Origin: an uncultured Actinomycetota bacterium
Lineage (GTDB): Bacteria; Actinomycetota; Actinomycetes; CAVWCF01
DNA length: 64,000 bases
NCBI GenBank assembly: GCA_963753435.1
Contig: CAVWCF010000001.1
Coordinates: 1,600,001-1,664,000, forward strand
Direction: 5' to 3'
Part shown: piece by piece, positions 1 through 9,733 of the stretch
How the letters are laid out: every line of letters starts with the position of its first letter
How positions within the stretch are numbered: the stretch's first letter is position 1
Position numbers and translations under genes: made by a program
Notes under the pieces: generated by a model
What the model saw: only the letters and a program-made list of their open reading frames with translations
What the model was told of the DNA's origin: nothing
Databases searched by the model: none

Positions 1-429
1 GCCGGCGCCGGCGTCGGCGGGTATCCGGGCCATGAGGAGTTCCGATTCGGCCAGGAAGCCACATTCGCTACCGACGGTCGGCCGTTCCTGGCCTACTCCA
101 GCCGCACCTGGCTATTGGACGAGTTCGGAAATCAGATTCGCCCCCTGGCCACCGAAACCGGTTTCTGGCGCCCGCAACCGGGCAACCAGGTAGAGGTGCT
201 GCTGTCCCACCCGACCGGAATCACCGAGATCTACGTCGGCGACGTCAGCCCCGCCAAAGTTGAGTTGCGCACCGACGTCGTGGCTCGGACTGAGACCGCC
301 AAGGAGTACACCGCGGCCACGCGCCTGTACGGGCTGGTCGAGGGGGACTTGCTCTGGGCCATGGACATGGCGGCGATGGGCAAGCCGATGCAGCCGCACG
401 TTTCGGCCCGGCTGCGACGGATGGCCTGA
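1..429 (+). CDS. Nitrobindin/FABP-like heme-binding beta-barrel protein (DUF1794), 5'-truncated by window edge
   Basis: Frame open from base 1 (AGAGVGGYPGHEEFRFGQE...DGRPFLAYSSRTW...ETGFWRP...RLYGLV..L.W.MDMAAMG.PMQPH.SARL), typical of the family; upstream of a nur-like gene. Confidence 0.85.
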   Translation, partial: AGAGVGGYPGHEEFRFGQEATFATDGRPFLAYSSRTWLLDEFGNQIRPLATETGFWRPQPGNQVEVLLSHPTGITEIYVGDVSPAKVELRTDVVARTETAKEYTAATRLYGLVEGDLLWAMDMAAMGKPMQPHVSARLRRMA

Positions 430-432
430 CGC

Positions 433-852
433 ATGTCCGACCTGCGGCGGCAACTGCGCGACCGGGGACTGCGGTTGACGCCGCAGCGGCAACTGGTGCT
501 GGCCGCGGTCGCCGAACTCGGTCATGCCACCCCGGAGCAACTGCTGGTTGAGGTCCAAAAGACCGCCGCGGGCGTGAACATCTCCACCATCTACCGGACC
601 TTGGAGTTGCTGGAGGACTTGGGCCTGGTCGCGCACACGCATCTCAACCACGGCGCCCCGACCTATCACCCCGCCGATGCCGTCGACCACCTGCACCTGG
701 TGTGCCGAACCTGCGGTTCGGTGACCGAGGTGCCCTTGTCGGTCACCGACGCGATGGTCCAGTTGCTGATGGATGAGCATGAGTTCTCCACCGACGTGCG
801 CCATCTGGCGGTGTTCGGCCATTGCGGTCGTTGCCAGGAGCCGCAACCGTGA
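433..852 (+). CDS. nur: Fur-family regulator, Nur (nickel uptake regulator)-like
   Basis: RLTPQRQLVL, NISTIYRTLELLEDLGLVAHTHL.HGAPTYH, HLHLVCxxC and CxxC; nitrobindin-nur-ygfZ-dtd synteny as in Streptomyces. Confidence 0.8.
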   Translation: MSDLRRQLRDRGLRLTPQRQLVLAAVAELGHATPEQLLVEVQKTAAGVNISTIYRTLELLEDLGLVAHTHLNHGAPTYHPADAVDHLHLVCRTCGSVTEVPLSVTDAMVQLLMDEHEFSTDVRHLAVFGHCGRCQEPQP

Positions 853-1724
853 CCGACGCGGTGCCCATCACCGACGGCCCGGATGCCGGAGCGCCGTGGC
901 ACTACGGGGACCCACTGGCCGAGCAGCGCTCCTTCGACCAAGGCGACGGGATAGTCGATCTCGGCCATCGGCCGGTGATCTCGGTTTCGGGTCCGGATCG
1001 GTTGGACTGGCTGCACACGCTTACCACTCAGCACCTTGAGCAACTGCCGCCGCGGACGTGGACGCAGGCGCTGATCTTGTCGCCGCACGGTCACATCGAG
1101 CATCACCTGACCCTGGTGGACGACGGGCAGCGGGTGCTGATGCACGTTGAACCGGGCACGACCGAGCAGTTGCTGAACTACCTGAACCTGATGGTGTTCC
1201 GCGCGCAGGTGGAGGTCGCCGACGTGACGGCCGACATCGCCACGGTCCGCACGCCGGTGGGGGATCGATTCGTGACTCGGGACCGGCTGGATGAGGCGAT
1301 GGACACCGCCCGGCCGGTCGGGTTGTGGGCCGCGGAGGCGTTGCGAGTGGCCGCTGGCGTGCCGCGATTGGGTTGGGAAACCGACCATCGCAGCATCCCG
1401 CACGAGCTTGGCTGGCTGGAGGCCACCGTGCACCTGGACAAGGGCTGCTACCGCGGCCAGGAGACGGTGGCGCGGGTGCACAACCTTGGCCGGCCGCCGC
1501 GACGGTTGGTGCGATTGCACTTGGACGGATCGTCGGAGGAGTTGCCCGTGCGGGGCAGTGCCGTACATACCGGTGACCGGGAAGTCGGGTTCCTTGGCAC
1601 CGCGGTGCACCACTACGAGGAGGGGCCGATTGCCTTGGCGGTAATCAAGAGGGCGGTTCCTGTCGACGAACCGCTCACCGTCGCCGGCATCTCGGCCAAG
1701 CAGGAAGTCCTGGTCCCCGCCTGA
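849..1724 (+). CDS. ygfZ: YgfZ/GcvT-family folate-binding protein
   Basis: KGCYRGQETVAR signature; GTG overlaps nur stop (GTGA). Confidence 0.88.
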   Translation: MTDAVPITDGPDAGAPWHYGDPLAEQRSFDQGDGIVDLGHRPVISVSGPDRLDWLHTLTTQHLEQLPPRTWTQALILSPHGHIEHHLTLVDDGQRVLMHVEPGTTEQLLNYLNLMVFRAQVEVADVTADIATVRTPVGDRFVTRDRLDEAMDTARPVGLWAAEALRVAAGVPRLGWETDHRSIPHELGWLEATVHLDKGCYRGQETVARVHNLGRPPRRLVRLHLDGSSEELPVRGSAVHTGDREVGFLGTAVHHYEEGPIALAVIKRAVPVDEPLTVAGISAKQEVLVPA

Positions 1725-1769
1725 CTTGCTGCGGTCCGCAGGCAACCGCGCCGCTAGTGAGCCTGTTCC

Positions 1770-2195
1770 TCATGTCTCCACGATGAGCGTGATCGGTCCG
1801 TCGTTTACTAGGTGAATCTGCATATCGGCACCGAAGACCCCGGTCTCGACCCTGGCGCCGCGTTCACGCAGTGCCGCAACGAACGAATCGACCAACGGCT
1901 CGGCGACCGGCCCCGGAGCAGCAGCCGACCACGACGGTCGTCGGCCCTTGCGGGTGTCGGCGTAGAGGGTGAACTGGGACACGACCAGCATCGGTGCGTT
2001 GATTTCCGCGGCGGATTGCTCGTCGCGCAGAATCCGCAACTCGTGCACCTTGCGGGCCAGCCGCTGTGCGGTTGCTCCCTCATCCTCGTGGGTGACCCCG
2101 ACGAGCACGACCAGCCCGGGTTCGTCGATGCGGCCGGTCTCGATCCCGTCGGCGACGACATGGGCCCGGCTGACTCGTTGCACGACCGCCCGCAC
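1770..2195 (-). CDS. dtd: D-aminoacyl-tRNA deacylase
   Basis: [24 protein letters not shown] and NDGP motifs; GTG start at 2195 inside the long 1770..3023 ORF. Confidence 0.93.
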   Translation of the reverse strand: MRAVVQRVSRAHVVADGIETGRIDEPGLVVLVGVTHEDEGATAQRLARKVHELRILRDEQSAAEINAPMLVVSQFTLYADTRKGRRPSWSAAAPGPVAEPLVDSFVAALRERGARVETGVFGADMQIHLVNDGPITLIVET

Positions 2196-2229
2196 GCACC
2201 GAATCCTCCCGCACGCAGCGCCGGTGGGG

Positions 2230-5034
2230 TCAGAGGCCGAGGAAGCCGCGCTTCTTCTTGGGTTTTGCCTGCTTGGGTGCCGGTGCGGGGCGCGCTGGCG
2301 CCGGAGTGGTCGGCGCCGGGTCGTCGCCGCCCTGCAGCGTGGCCAGTTCCCGCAGCAGCGAGGCGGTGTCCAGCCCCTCCATCGGTCCGCGCATCGGCGC
2401 CGGGGCCGGTTCCGGGTGGGGCTCGGGTTCGGGTGCTGGCTCGTTGACGTCCTCGGTCGTGCTTGGCGGGCTGGACGTCGCCGCCAGTTCCCGAAGCGCG
2501 GAAGACGCCTGACTGCGGTCCATGGACATTTCCGAGGACACCGCGGCCGCGGCAGCGATGGCTTCCTGGCGTTCGGCTTCGGCCTGGCGTTCGGCTTCGG
2601 CTTGGCGTTCGGCTTCGGCTTGGCGGATCGCCTCAGCTTCCGCGGCGGCTCGCTCGGCGGCCGCACGTTCCCGCTCAGCCTCGGCCTTCGCAGCCTCCGC
2701 CTCCGCGGCCACTCGCGCGGCCTCGGCCGCCAGCGCCGCCTGCCGTTCCGCGGCGGCCTGACGTTCAGCTTCCGCGGCAGCCGATGCCTGGGAGACGCGC
2801 TCGCGCTCGGCAACCGCCCGAGCTGCCTCGGCTTCCGCCGCCGCCCGCGCGGCTTCGGCCTGGGCGCGAGCCTCTTCCTGGGCCTGGCGTTCGATGACCA
2901 ATCTCGCCGTCTGCTCCGCCGCAGCGGCTTCGGCAGCGGCGCGTTCGGCGGCCAACTGTTCCCGCTCGGCGGCCAGTCGAGCGGCCTCGGCCGCAGCGGA
3001 CGCTGCCGCGGCGTGCCGCTCACCCTCTAGCCGGGTGGCCTCGGCTGCGGCGGCTTCGGCAGCTTCCTGCCGCTCCGCCTCCAGCCGTGCGGCCTGCTCG
3101 GCGACCGCTTGAGCCATCGCCTGCCGCTCTTCTTCCAGCCGCGCGGACTCCTCAGCGGCTCGTTGCTCCGCCTCCAGGCGGAGGGCCTCCAGCCGTGCGG
3201 CCTCGGCGGCGGCCTGCTGCTCCGCAGCGGCTCGCTCCATTGCCAACCGTTCACGTTCGGCCACCAGCGCAGCCATCTCGGCTTCTAGCCGCTGCTTGGC
3301 CTCGGCGGCGTTGGCCTGCGCCATCTCGGCCGCCTGGATGGCCTCCGACTCCGCGGCGGATCGGGCCGCCTTGAGCGCGGCTTTGCTCGCCTGCTGCGCT
3401 TCGCGCTGCTCCGATTCCAGCCGGGCGGCGTGCTCGGCCGCGGCCTGCTCGGCGGCGGCCCGTTCGGCCGCGAGCCGTTCCCGCTCGGCTGCCAACGCGG
3501 CGGCTTCGACGGCCAGAGCGGCCCGGTCGGCTTCGGCGCGCTTGGCCACCTCGGCCATGCGACGCTCGGCTCGCGCGTGGCGGATGGCCCCGGCCAATTC
3601 CCGCCAGGATCGTTCCTCGGTTGCGGCGGCCTCCTCGTCCATCCGCTGCAACTCGCCCGCGAGCCAGCGAACGGATGAGGCCACCGCCTGCTTACGGCTC
3701 TGCGCCGCCGCCTCCCGGCGTACCGCCTCGGCCGCCAGTCGTGCCGCTTCCTCGGCTACCTGACGAGCTTCCTCGCGTGCGGTGCCCAGCCGCTCAGCGG
3801 CGAGGCGCTCGGCGTCAGCCCTGGCGGCGGTGTCAACCGGCCTCGCGGGACGGGCGACTGAGACGTTCACCGGGGGCGGGTCGTTGGGGCGGCGCGCTGC
3901 CTCGGCCGCGGCTGCGAGTTCGGCGGCCAGCGCTTCGGCCTCGCGCGCCTGGGCCCGCAACTTGGCCCGTGCCGCGGAGATCGGCTTCTCCGCCGGGGCG
4001 GCGGGAGTGGGTGGCGTTGCTGGCGCGGCGGGAGCGGTCGGTTGGGCCGGCGCGGCGGAAGCGGTCGTTTGGGCCGGCGCTGCGGGAGCGGTTGGTTCTG
4101 CTGGGGGTGGCGCAACAGCGGCCGCCGCGGGCGCCGCTTGCGCCGCGACCGGTTCAGGTGCGGCCGCAGGTTCCGGTGCGGCTGACTCGGCAGGTTCGGC
4201 CATTCGCTGGGACTGCTCGGCTGCTTGTCCCGTCTGGTTCTCGGTCTTCGGTTCGGCGGGCACGTCCTTCTGCGCTTCTGGCTGGACCGGCTCGGGTTCC
4301 GGTTCCGCTGCGGCCGGGCCGGGCACGGTCACCAGACCGGCGCGAACCAAGTCGGCGACCATCCGGCCGGCCTCGAATCCGGTGAAACCGCATTCGCCGG
4401 CCAGTTCGGCGATGGTCCGGATCCCATCGACCTTGCAGAGGATCGACCAGTCCGACGGCCCCAGCGCCACGCCGTCGTCGACGGAACCGCTGTCCGCCAG
4501 CGACGGCACGGCCTCGGTGCCCCCGATCAGCGCGGTTATGTCCTTCCACGCCTGGGCGCGCGCCTTGGTTTCGGAGATGAGGGTGTGCACCGCCACCGGC
4601 GGGGCCACGTCCTGGCGGGTGCGCTTGCCAGCCCGGAAGCGGTGGCTGGCAACGGGCGCGTGCAGCAGGTCGGCGACGATGTCGAGCAGCTGCTCGGTGA
4701 CGAAGTCCTCGACGACATCGCGATCGACGAGGTCCAGGTGAACGAGGAGTTCCCCCAGTCGCCACCCCTGCAACTCGCTGCGCTGGATCTCCAGGGCCTC
4801 CGAAAGCACCTCCGGGGTGACGTGACCACCCGACATCAGCCGAGCGCCCAGGGCTGGACGGCGTCCAGGGGCGCTGGCCGCGTAGACCTGACCGTTCTTG
4901 AGCCAGATCTCCGAGCGACTGCGATCCGGGTGCAGGACGATCAGGCAACCGGTCGCGCTGTCCCGCGCCAGCTCCAGCAGCGCACCGGCGAGATCAACCT
5001 CGGTGGAGGTGGTGACCGACTGGCCCTCGCCCAT
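2230..5034 (-). CDS. DUF4388-domain protein with Pro/Ala linker, long Ala/Glu/Arg coiled coil and basic-hydrophobic C-terminal tail (~934 aa)
   Basis: N-terminus L.LA....TGCL.V.....[11 protein letters not shown]...LGARL..G......AL..QR....RLGELLV (DUF4388-like); winged-helix-like segment [19 protein letters not shown]; GAGGAGG RBS before ATG 5034 (alternative ATG 5097). Confidence 0.8.
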   Translation of the reverse strand: MGEGQSVTTSTEVDLAGALLELARDSATGCLIVLHPDRSRSEIWLKNGQVYAASAPGRRPALGARLMSGGHVTPEVLSEALEIQRSELQGWRLGELLVHLDLVDRDVVEDFVTEQLLDIVADLLHAPVASHRFRAGKRTRQDVAPPVAVHTLISETKARAQAWKDITALIGGTEAVPSLADSGSVDDGVALGPSDWSILCKVDGIRTIAELAGECGFTGFEAGRMVADLVRAGLVTVPGPAAAEPEPEPVQPEAQKDVPAEPKTENQTGQAAEQSQRMAEPAESAAPEPAAAPEPVAAQAAPAAAAVAPPPAEPTAPAAPAQTTASAAPAQPTAPAAPATPPTPAAPAEKPISAARAKLRAQAREAEALAAELAAAAEAARRPNDPPPVNVSVARPARPVDTAARADAERLAAERLGTAREEARQVAEEAARLAAEAVRREAAAQSRKQAVASSVRWLAGELQRMDEEAAATEERSWRELAGAIRHARAERRMAEVAKRAEADRAALAVEAAALAAERERLAAERAAAEQAAAEHAARLESEQREAQQASKAALKAARSAAESEAIQAAEMAQANAAEAKQRLEAEMAALVAERERLAMERAAAEQQAAAEAARLEALRLEAEQRAAEESARLEEERQAMAQAVAEQAARLEAERQEAAEAAAAEATRLEGERHAAAASAAAEAARLAAEREQLAAERAAAEAAAAEQTARLVIERQAQEEARAQAEAARAAAEAEAARAVAERERVSQASAAAEAERQAAAERQAALAAEAARVAAEAEAAKAEAERERAAAERAAAEAEAIRQAEAERQAEAERQAEAERQEAIAAAAAVSSEMSMDRSQASSALRELAATSSPPSTTEDVNEPAPEPEPHPEPAPAPMRGPMEGLDTASLLRELATLQGGDDPAPTTPAPARPAPAPKQAKPKKKRGFLGL
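2568..2625. repeat. Approximately 3 x 18-bp coding tandem repeat (AEAERQ)n
   Basis: ggcgttcggcttcggc(c/t)t units repeated; protein reads [20 protein letters not shown]. Confidence 0.8.
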
Positions 5035-5103
5035 TGCACCTCCTCGCCAAGCACGCACGCAGTCACGCCGGCACCCGGGGCATGGATGCGTCGTCATCTC
5101 CCC

Positions 5104-5130
5104 TTCGGCAGGTTCGGGCCCGGTGTTGAG
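5104..5130 (-). promoter_or_regulatory. Putative sigma-WhiG/FliA-type promoter for the DUF4388 gene
   Basis: Minus strand reads CTCA-N17-GCCGAA, matching the actinobacterial FliA/WhiG consensus CTCA-N15-17-GCCGA(A/T); adjacent to rsiG. Confidence 0.55.
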
Positions 5131-5186
5131 CCCTGGCCTCGGACCCGTGTGCCACGATTGCCCCTCAAGCCATACGAGGAGCGTCG

Positions 5187-5735
5187 ATGAGTCAGCCGAT
5201 CCCTGGGGGTCGCCGCCGCGTGGACCGAGTGCTGGGCGAGGACTTCCTCACGGGGTTGTCCGACCTGGATCTCGGCGAGCTGCGCCACCGGCGCGCGGAT
5301 GCCGACCAGGAGGAGACCGACCTCTCGTTCGTGCGGCGAATGCTGCAGGGCCGCATCGACCTGCTGGTCGGTGAGATCGATCGCCGCGAACGTGGCGAGC
5401 CGGCACCCGGCCTTAACGAACGGCTGGCCGCCGCGATGGGTGGCGAGGAGCGCAGCACGCGCGGCTCTGGCCGGCATTTGGGTACCGACCCGAGCCGGCT
5501 CGGTGAGTACCGGCGTGCGGCTGAGCGACTGGCCGGCACTGTCGCCTTCTCGGACCCCGCAGCCCTTAGCGACGAGGCACTTGCCGCGGCGGTGCAGCGG
5601 CTGCGGACCCAGGAGGCGGAGGTCTCCGACCTGCGTCGCAAGGTGCAGGCAGTCGCCGACGTGTTGCATGAGGAGATGGGTCGGCGCATGGCCGCCGACT
5701 TGCCGGAGCAGGCGGAGGAGACCGCCGCGCCGTGA
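5187..5735 (+). CDS. rsiG: RsiG/AmfC anti-sigma factor (c-di-GMP binding, WhiG partner)
   Basis: Two perfect ExxxSxxRxxxQxxxD motifs: ETDLSFVRRMLQGRID and EAEVSDLRRKVQAVAD; dtd-rsiG-asparaginase synteny. Confidence 0.88.
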   Translation: MSQPIPGGRRRVDRVLGEDFLTGLSDLDLGELRHRRADADQEETDLSFVRRMLQGRIDLLVGEIDRRERGEPAPGLNERLAAAMGGEERSTRGSGRHLGTDPSRLGEYRRAAERLAGTVAFSDPAALSDEALAAAVQRLRTQEAEVSDLRRKVQAVADVLHEEMGRRMAADLPEQAEETAAP

Positions 5736-6673
5736 CCGCACCGGTCCTCGTCGAATTACGGCGAGGTGAGGTGGTCGAGTCCAGGCACCGCGGGTCGGCG
5801 CTGGTGCTCGATGCCGGTGGCGAAACCGTGTGGCACAGCGGTGACCCGGACGCCGTGCTGCTGCCGCGCTCAGCGGCCAAACCGTTGCAGGCTGCGGCAC
5901 TCGCCGAAGTCGGGATGACTGCTACTCCGGAGTACCTGGCCCTCGCCACCTCCAGCCATTCCGGGGAGCAGATCCACCTAAGCGTTGTCCGGCAGATGCT
6001 GGACTCCGCTGGGCTGACTGAGGCGTCACTGCAGACCCCCGCGGACTTACCGCTGGGGGAGACGGCTCGTGCGGACTGGCTGGCTGCTGGTCACGCGCCC
6101 AGCCCGATCGCGATGAACTGCTCGGGCAAGCACGCGGCGATGCTGCAGGCGTGCGTGGCCAACGGCTGGACCACCACCGACTACCTGGATCCGACCCATC
6201 GTGTGCAAGCGCACATCCTGGCCAGGTACGCGGACTGGTCAGGCGGTTCGGTGCAACCGGTGACGGTCGACGGTTGCGGGGCGCCCCTGGTCAGCACGAC
6301 CCTGCGCGGACTGGCCACCGCGTTGCAGCGGGTCGCCGGCACCGACGCGGGCCAACAGGTGTTGGCTGGGATGCGGGCCCACCCCGAACTGGTCGGCGGT
6401 ACTGGCCGTGAGGTCACCAGGCTGATGCGAGCGGTGGCAGGACTGGTCGTGAAGGACGGGGCCGAGGCGGTTTGGGTGGCGGTCCTACCCGATTTCGCGG
6501 TGGCGGCGGTCAAGATCGACGACGGCGCCTGGCGAGCCGGGGCGGTAGCTATGGCCGCGCTCATCGACCGCCTCGTCGGCCTGCCGGATGAGTTGAGTGA
6601 TTTGGTCAGCCCACCGGTCCTGGGCGGGGGCCGGCAAATTGGCGCTGTCACCGCGGTCGGGATCCGCTTCTGA
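5732..6673 (+). CDS. Asparaginase (Rhizobium-type, Asparaginase_II family)
   Basis: RSAAKPLQA, SHSGE, NCSGKH, DGCG and K.GAE motifs. Confidence 0.88.
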   Translation: MTAPVLVELRRGEVVESRHRGSALVLDAGGETVWHSGDPDAVLLPRSAAKPLQAAALAEVGMTATPEYLALATSSHSGEQIHLSVVRQMLDSAGLTEASLQTPADLPLGETARADWLAAGHAPSPIAMNCSGKHAAMLQACVANGWTTTDYLDPTHRVQAHILARYADWSGGSVQPVTVDGCGAPLVSTTLRGLATALQRVAGTDAGQQVLAGMRAHPELVGGTGREVTRLMRAVAGLVVKDGAEAVWVAVLPDFAVAAVKIDDGAWRAGAVAMAALIDRLVGLPDELSDLVSPPVLGGGRQIGAVTAVGIRF

Positions 6674-6758
6674 GGCAACCGGGTCGGTGTGGCCGTCGAT
6701 CGTTTCCGCCGACTGTTTCCGCTCGGCGGCGCTAAGGCCGCGACCGTACAGTTGGCCC

Positions 6759-7082
6759 ATGATCGGGCTGCTGTTCGTTGTCCTGGCGTTGGGCACGTTC
6801 GCCTTGAAGGCGGCCGCGCTGATCGACGCCGCGCTGCAGAAGGAAGCGGCGTTCCCCGCGGCCGACAAGCAGTCGAAGATGGTGTGGCTGGGCATCCTCG
6901 GAGCCGCTACCGGGCTGCACCTGCTCATGGGGCCGACCAACCTCTTCGGGGTGGGATTCCTCGGCGGCATCATCAATTTGGCCGGAATCGTCGCCGCAAT
7001 CGTTTACTTCGTGGACGTCCGGCCCGCGGTCCGGTCGCTGGGGCGTGGGTCGAGTTCCGACGGCCCGTACGGCGCCTGGTGA
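6759..7082 (+). CDS. DUF2516 family membrane protein
   Basis: AF.AADKQSK.VWLGILG and IVYFVDVRPAVR...GPYG.W pattern. Confidence 0.85.
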   Translation: MIGLLFVVLALGTFALKAAALIDAALQKEAAFPAADKQSKMVWLGILGAATGLHLLMGPTNLFGVGFLGGIINLAGIVAAIVYFVDVRPAVRSLGRGSSSDGPYGAW

Positions 7083-7810
7083 GCGGCGACACGCACGGCC
7101 GCACGCACCGGCTGGAGTTGGCGGACCAATCCCTACGCGAATGGGACGCCACCGTCCTGTCGGCTGATGAGGACGGCATCGTGCTCGACCGCTCGGCCTT
7201 CTACCCCGGGGGTGGCGGGCAGCCGCCGGACCAGGGCGTCCTGCTGTGGGGCGGGGTCCAGACCCGGATCGAAGGCGCCCGGCGCGGCGAGGACCTGTTC
7301 CTGATCCCGGCTGAAGGCGACCCGCTCCCACCGGTCGGAACCCAGGTCCGTGGCGCGATCGCTGACGAACGCCGTACCGCGCTCATGCGGACTCACTCCG
7401 CCCTGCACCTTTTGTCCGGTGTGGTTTTCCGCGACTTCGGGGCATTGGTCACCGGCGGCTCGATGGACCCGCTGACGGCACGCATGGACTTCGGTCTGCC
7501 CGACGTGCCACCGGACTTCAAGGAGCAGGTTGCGGCCGCCTGCGCGGCGGAAGTGAACGCCGACCGCGCCATCCGGGTGGAGAACCTGCCGCGGCAGCAG
7601 GCGTTCGAGATCCCCGACATCATCCGGACCGCCACCAACCTGCTGCCCCCGGATCTGGAGGTCGTGCGGATCGTGGACATCGTCGGCCTCGACGTCCAGG
7701 CCGACGGGGGCACGCACGTGGCTTCCACCAAGCAGATCGGCGGCATCGAGGTCGTGAAGATGGAAAGCAAGGGCAAGGGGTTCCGGCGCTTGCGCATCCG
7801 CCTGCACTGA
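7079..7810 (+). CDS. alaX: Alanyl-tRNA editing protein (AlaX-M type)
   Basis: [21 protein letters not shown] and DGGTHV motifs; GTG overlaps the upstream stop. Confidence 0.88.
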   Translation: MSGDTHGRTHRLELADQSLREWDATVLSADEDGIVLDRSAFYPGGGGQPPDQGVLLWGGVQTRIEGARRGEDLFLIPAEGDPLPPVGTQVRGAIADERRTALMRTHSALHLLSGVVFRDFGALVTGGSMDPLTARMDFGLPDVPPDFKEQVAAACAAEVNADRAIRVENLPRQQAFEIPDIIRTATNLLPPDLEVVRIVDIVGLDVQADGGTHVASTKQIGGIEVVKMESKGKGFRRLRIRLH

Positions 7811-7875
7811 CGGGCCCTCGCCCGAAGGTTGCAGCCGAACTGGGACCGCCGGAATTGAGGTCGCGCGAGTCGCCG

Positions 7876-7901
7876 GGAATCGGAATGATCGTTACTGCGT
7901 T
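7876..7901 (+). promoter_or_regulatory. SigR/SigH-type ECF promoter upstream of mshA
   Basis: GGAAT-N18-GTT exact match; mshA is an established thiol-stress sigma target in actinobacteria. Confidence 0.65.
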
Positions 7902-7916
7902 TACGGGGAGGTGTCC

Positions 7917-9213
7917 ATGAAGGTGTTGCGGACCGTGCCTGCGCGCCCGCCGCGGCGCGTGGCCATGCTGACCGCGCACACCTCCCCCCTGGACCAGCCC
8001 GGCGTCGGTGACGCCGGGGGCATGAACGTCTACGTCGTGGAGTTGGCCAAGCGGCTGGCGCGGGCCGGCACCGCAGTGGAGATCTTCACCCGGGCCACCA
8101 CGGGCTCGCTGGAGACGACCGTCGAACTTGAGCCCGGCGTCCTGGTGCGTCACCTCGTCGCCGGCCCGTTCGAGGGGCTGCGCAAGGAGGAACTGCCGGG
8201 GCAGTTGTGTGCGATGACGTCCGGCCTCATGCGCTGGGAAGCCGCCCACGACCTCGGCCACTACGACCTGATCCACAGCCACTACTGGCTGAGCGGGCAG
8301 ATCGGCTGGCTGGCGAGTGAGCGCTGGAATGTGCCGCTGGTGCATTCCATGCACACGATGGCCAAGGTCAAGAACGCTGCTTTGGCCGCCGGTGACCAGC
8401 CCGAGCCCCGGGCGCGGGAGTACGGCGAAGAGCAGGTGGTCGACATCGCCCACCGGCTGGTGGCGAACACCGTGTTCGAGGCCGATCAGCTGATTCGGCT
8501 GTACGGCGCCGATCGCGAGCGGGTTGCCGTCGTTCATCCAGGCGTCGACCTGGACACATTCACCCCTGGCGATCAGGTCGCTGCCCGCCAACGGTTGGGC
8601 TTGCCGACCGACGCGGATGTGCTGCTCTTCGCCGGGCGAATCCAACCGCTGAAGGCCCCGGATGTCCTGGTGCGGGCGGCCGCCATGCTCGCTGCCGACC
8701 CGGTCCGTCGGGACCGGCTCGTGGTCGCGATCGTCGGTGGCCCCAGCGGTAGCGGGCTGGAGCACCCCGACGCGGTGCAGCAACTCAGCCGCGATCTCGG
8801 TGTTGCCGACCTAGTGCGGTTCGAGCCGCCGACCGACCAGGCCACCCTCGTCGACTGGTACCGCGCGGCCACGCTCACGGTGGTGCCGTCCTACAACGAG
8901 TCATTCGGGTTGGTCGCCGTGGAGAGCCAGGCGTGCGGTACTCCCGTCATCGCTGCGGCGGTCGGGGGCCTGCACACCGCGGTCGCCGACGGCGAATCCG
9001 GACTGCTGGTCCACGGACACGACGCCGCGGCCTGGGCGCAGGCCATCGCCGCGATTGCTGGACGCGCCGGCCGAACTCCAACGGCTCGCGGAAGGCGCGG
9101 TGCGGCACGCAGCCGGTTTCGCCTGGGAGCGCACCGCTGAAGCGACCCTGGACGTGTACTCCGCGGCCATGCTCGAACACGCCGGCTCCGCGCCGGTTGC
9201 AGCGTCCGGATGA
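7917..9213 (+). CDS. mshA: D-inositol-3-phosphate glycosyltransferase MshA, with apparent +1 frameshift near 9050
   Basis: [46 protein letters not shown]; normal C-terminus ([35 protein letters not shown]) continues in the +1 frame to TGA 9211-9213. Confidence 0.9.
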
Positions 9214-9710
9214 CCCCGGCAGTAGACCCTGACGGCGTTGCCGCGGTCGTCGAGCAAGCGCTGAGCGACCTGGGGATGCAGTTCGAGTCGACGAGCCCAC
9301 GACAGTTCCTGGTGCATCTGCCCGGGGACAACCGTTTGGACACTGCCACCTGGTTTGCGGTCACCGACCACGCCTTGGTGATCGAGGCGTTCTTCATGCG
9401 CCAGCCGGACGTCAACCATGCGCAGTTGTACCGCTTCCTGCTGGAGCGCAACGCCCGCATGTACGGCGTCCACTTCGCCGCCGACGAAGTCGGCGACATC
9501 TATCTGATCGGCCGGATACCGCTCAATGCCGTCGACGCCGCCGAGATCGACCGGCTGCTCGGCTGCGTGCTCAGCTACTCCGACGAGACCTTCAACCCTG
9601 CTGTGGAGATCGGCTTCGCTGACGCTATTCGACGCGAGCACGCCTGGCGCGTGCGCCGCGGGCTGCCGGTCGACAACCTGCGCCGGTTCGCCCACCTGAT
9701 CGAGGACTGA
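9210..9710 (+). CDS. YbjN domain-containing protein
   Basis: [30 protein letters not shown]; conserved mshA-ybjN-gpmA order. Confidence 0.85.
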   Translation: MTPAVDPDGVAAVVEQALSDLGMQFESTSPRQFLVHLPGDNRLDTATWFAVTDHALVIEAFFMRQPDVNHAQLYRFLLERNARMYGVHFAADEVGDIYLIGRIPLNAVDAAEIDRLLGCVLSYSDETFNPAVEIGFADAIRREHAWRVRRGLPVDNLRRFAHLIED

Positions 9711-9733
9711 TCGGCCGCACTAATCTCGCGGCC

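Noticed and set aside
1770-3023. 417-aa ORF suggesting a dtd fusion
   Set aside because: The N-terminal part is an alternative frame of the DUF4388 gene; dtd starts at GTG 2195
5164-5188. Second FliA-like promoter (CTCA-N15-GTCGAT) toward rsiG
   Set aside because: The -10 element overlaps the rsiG start codon, so it could not transcribe the full gene
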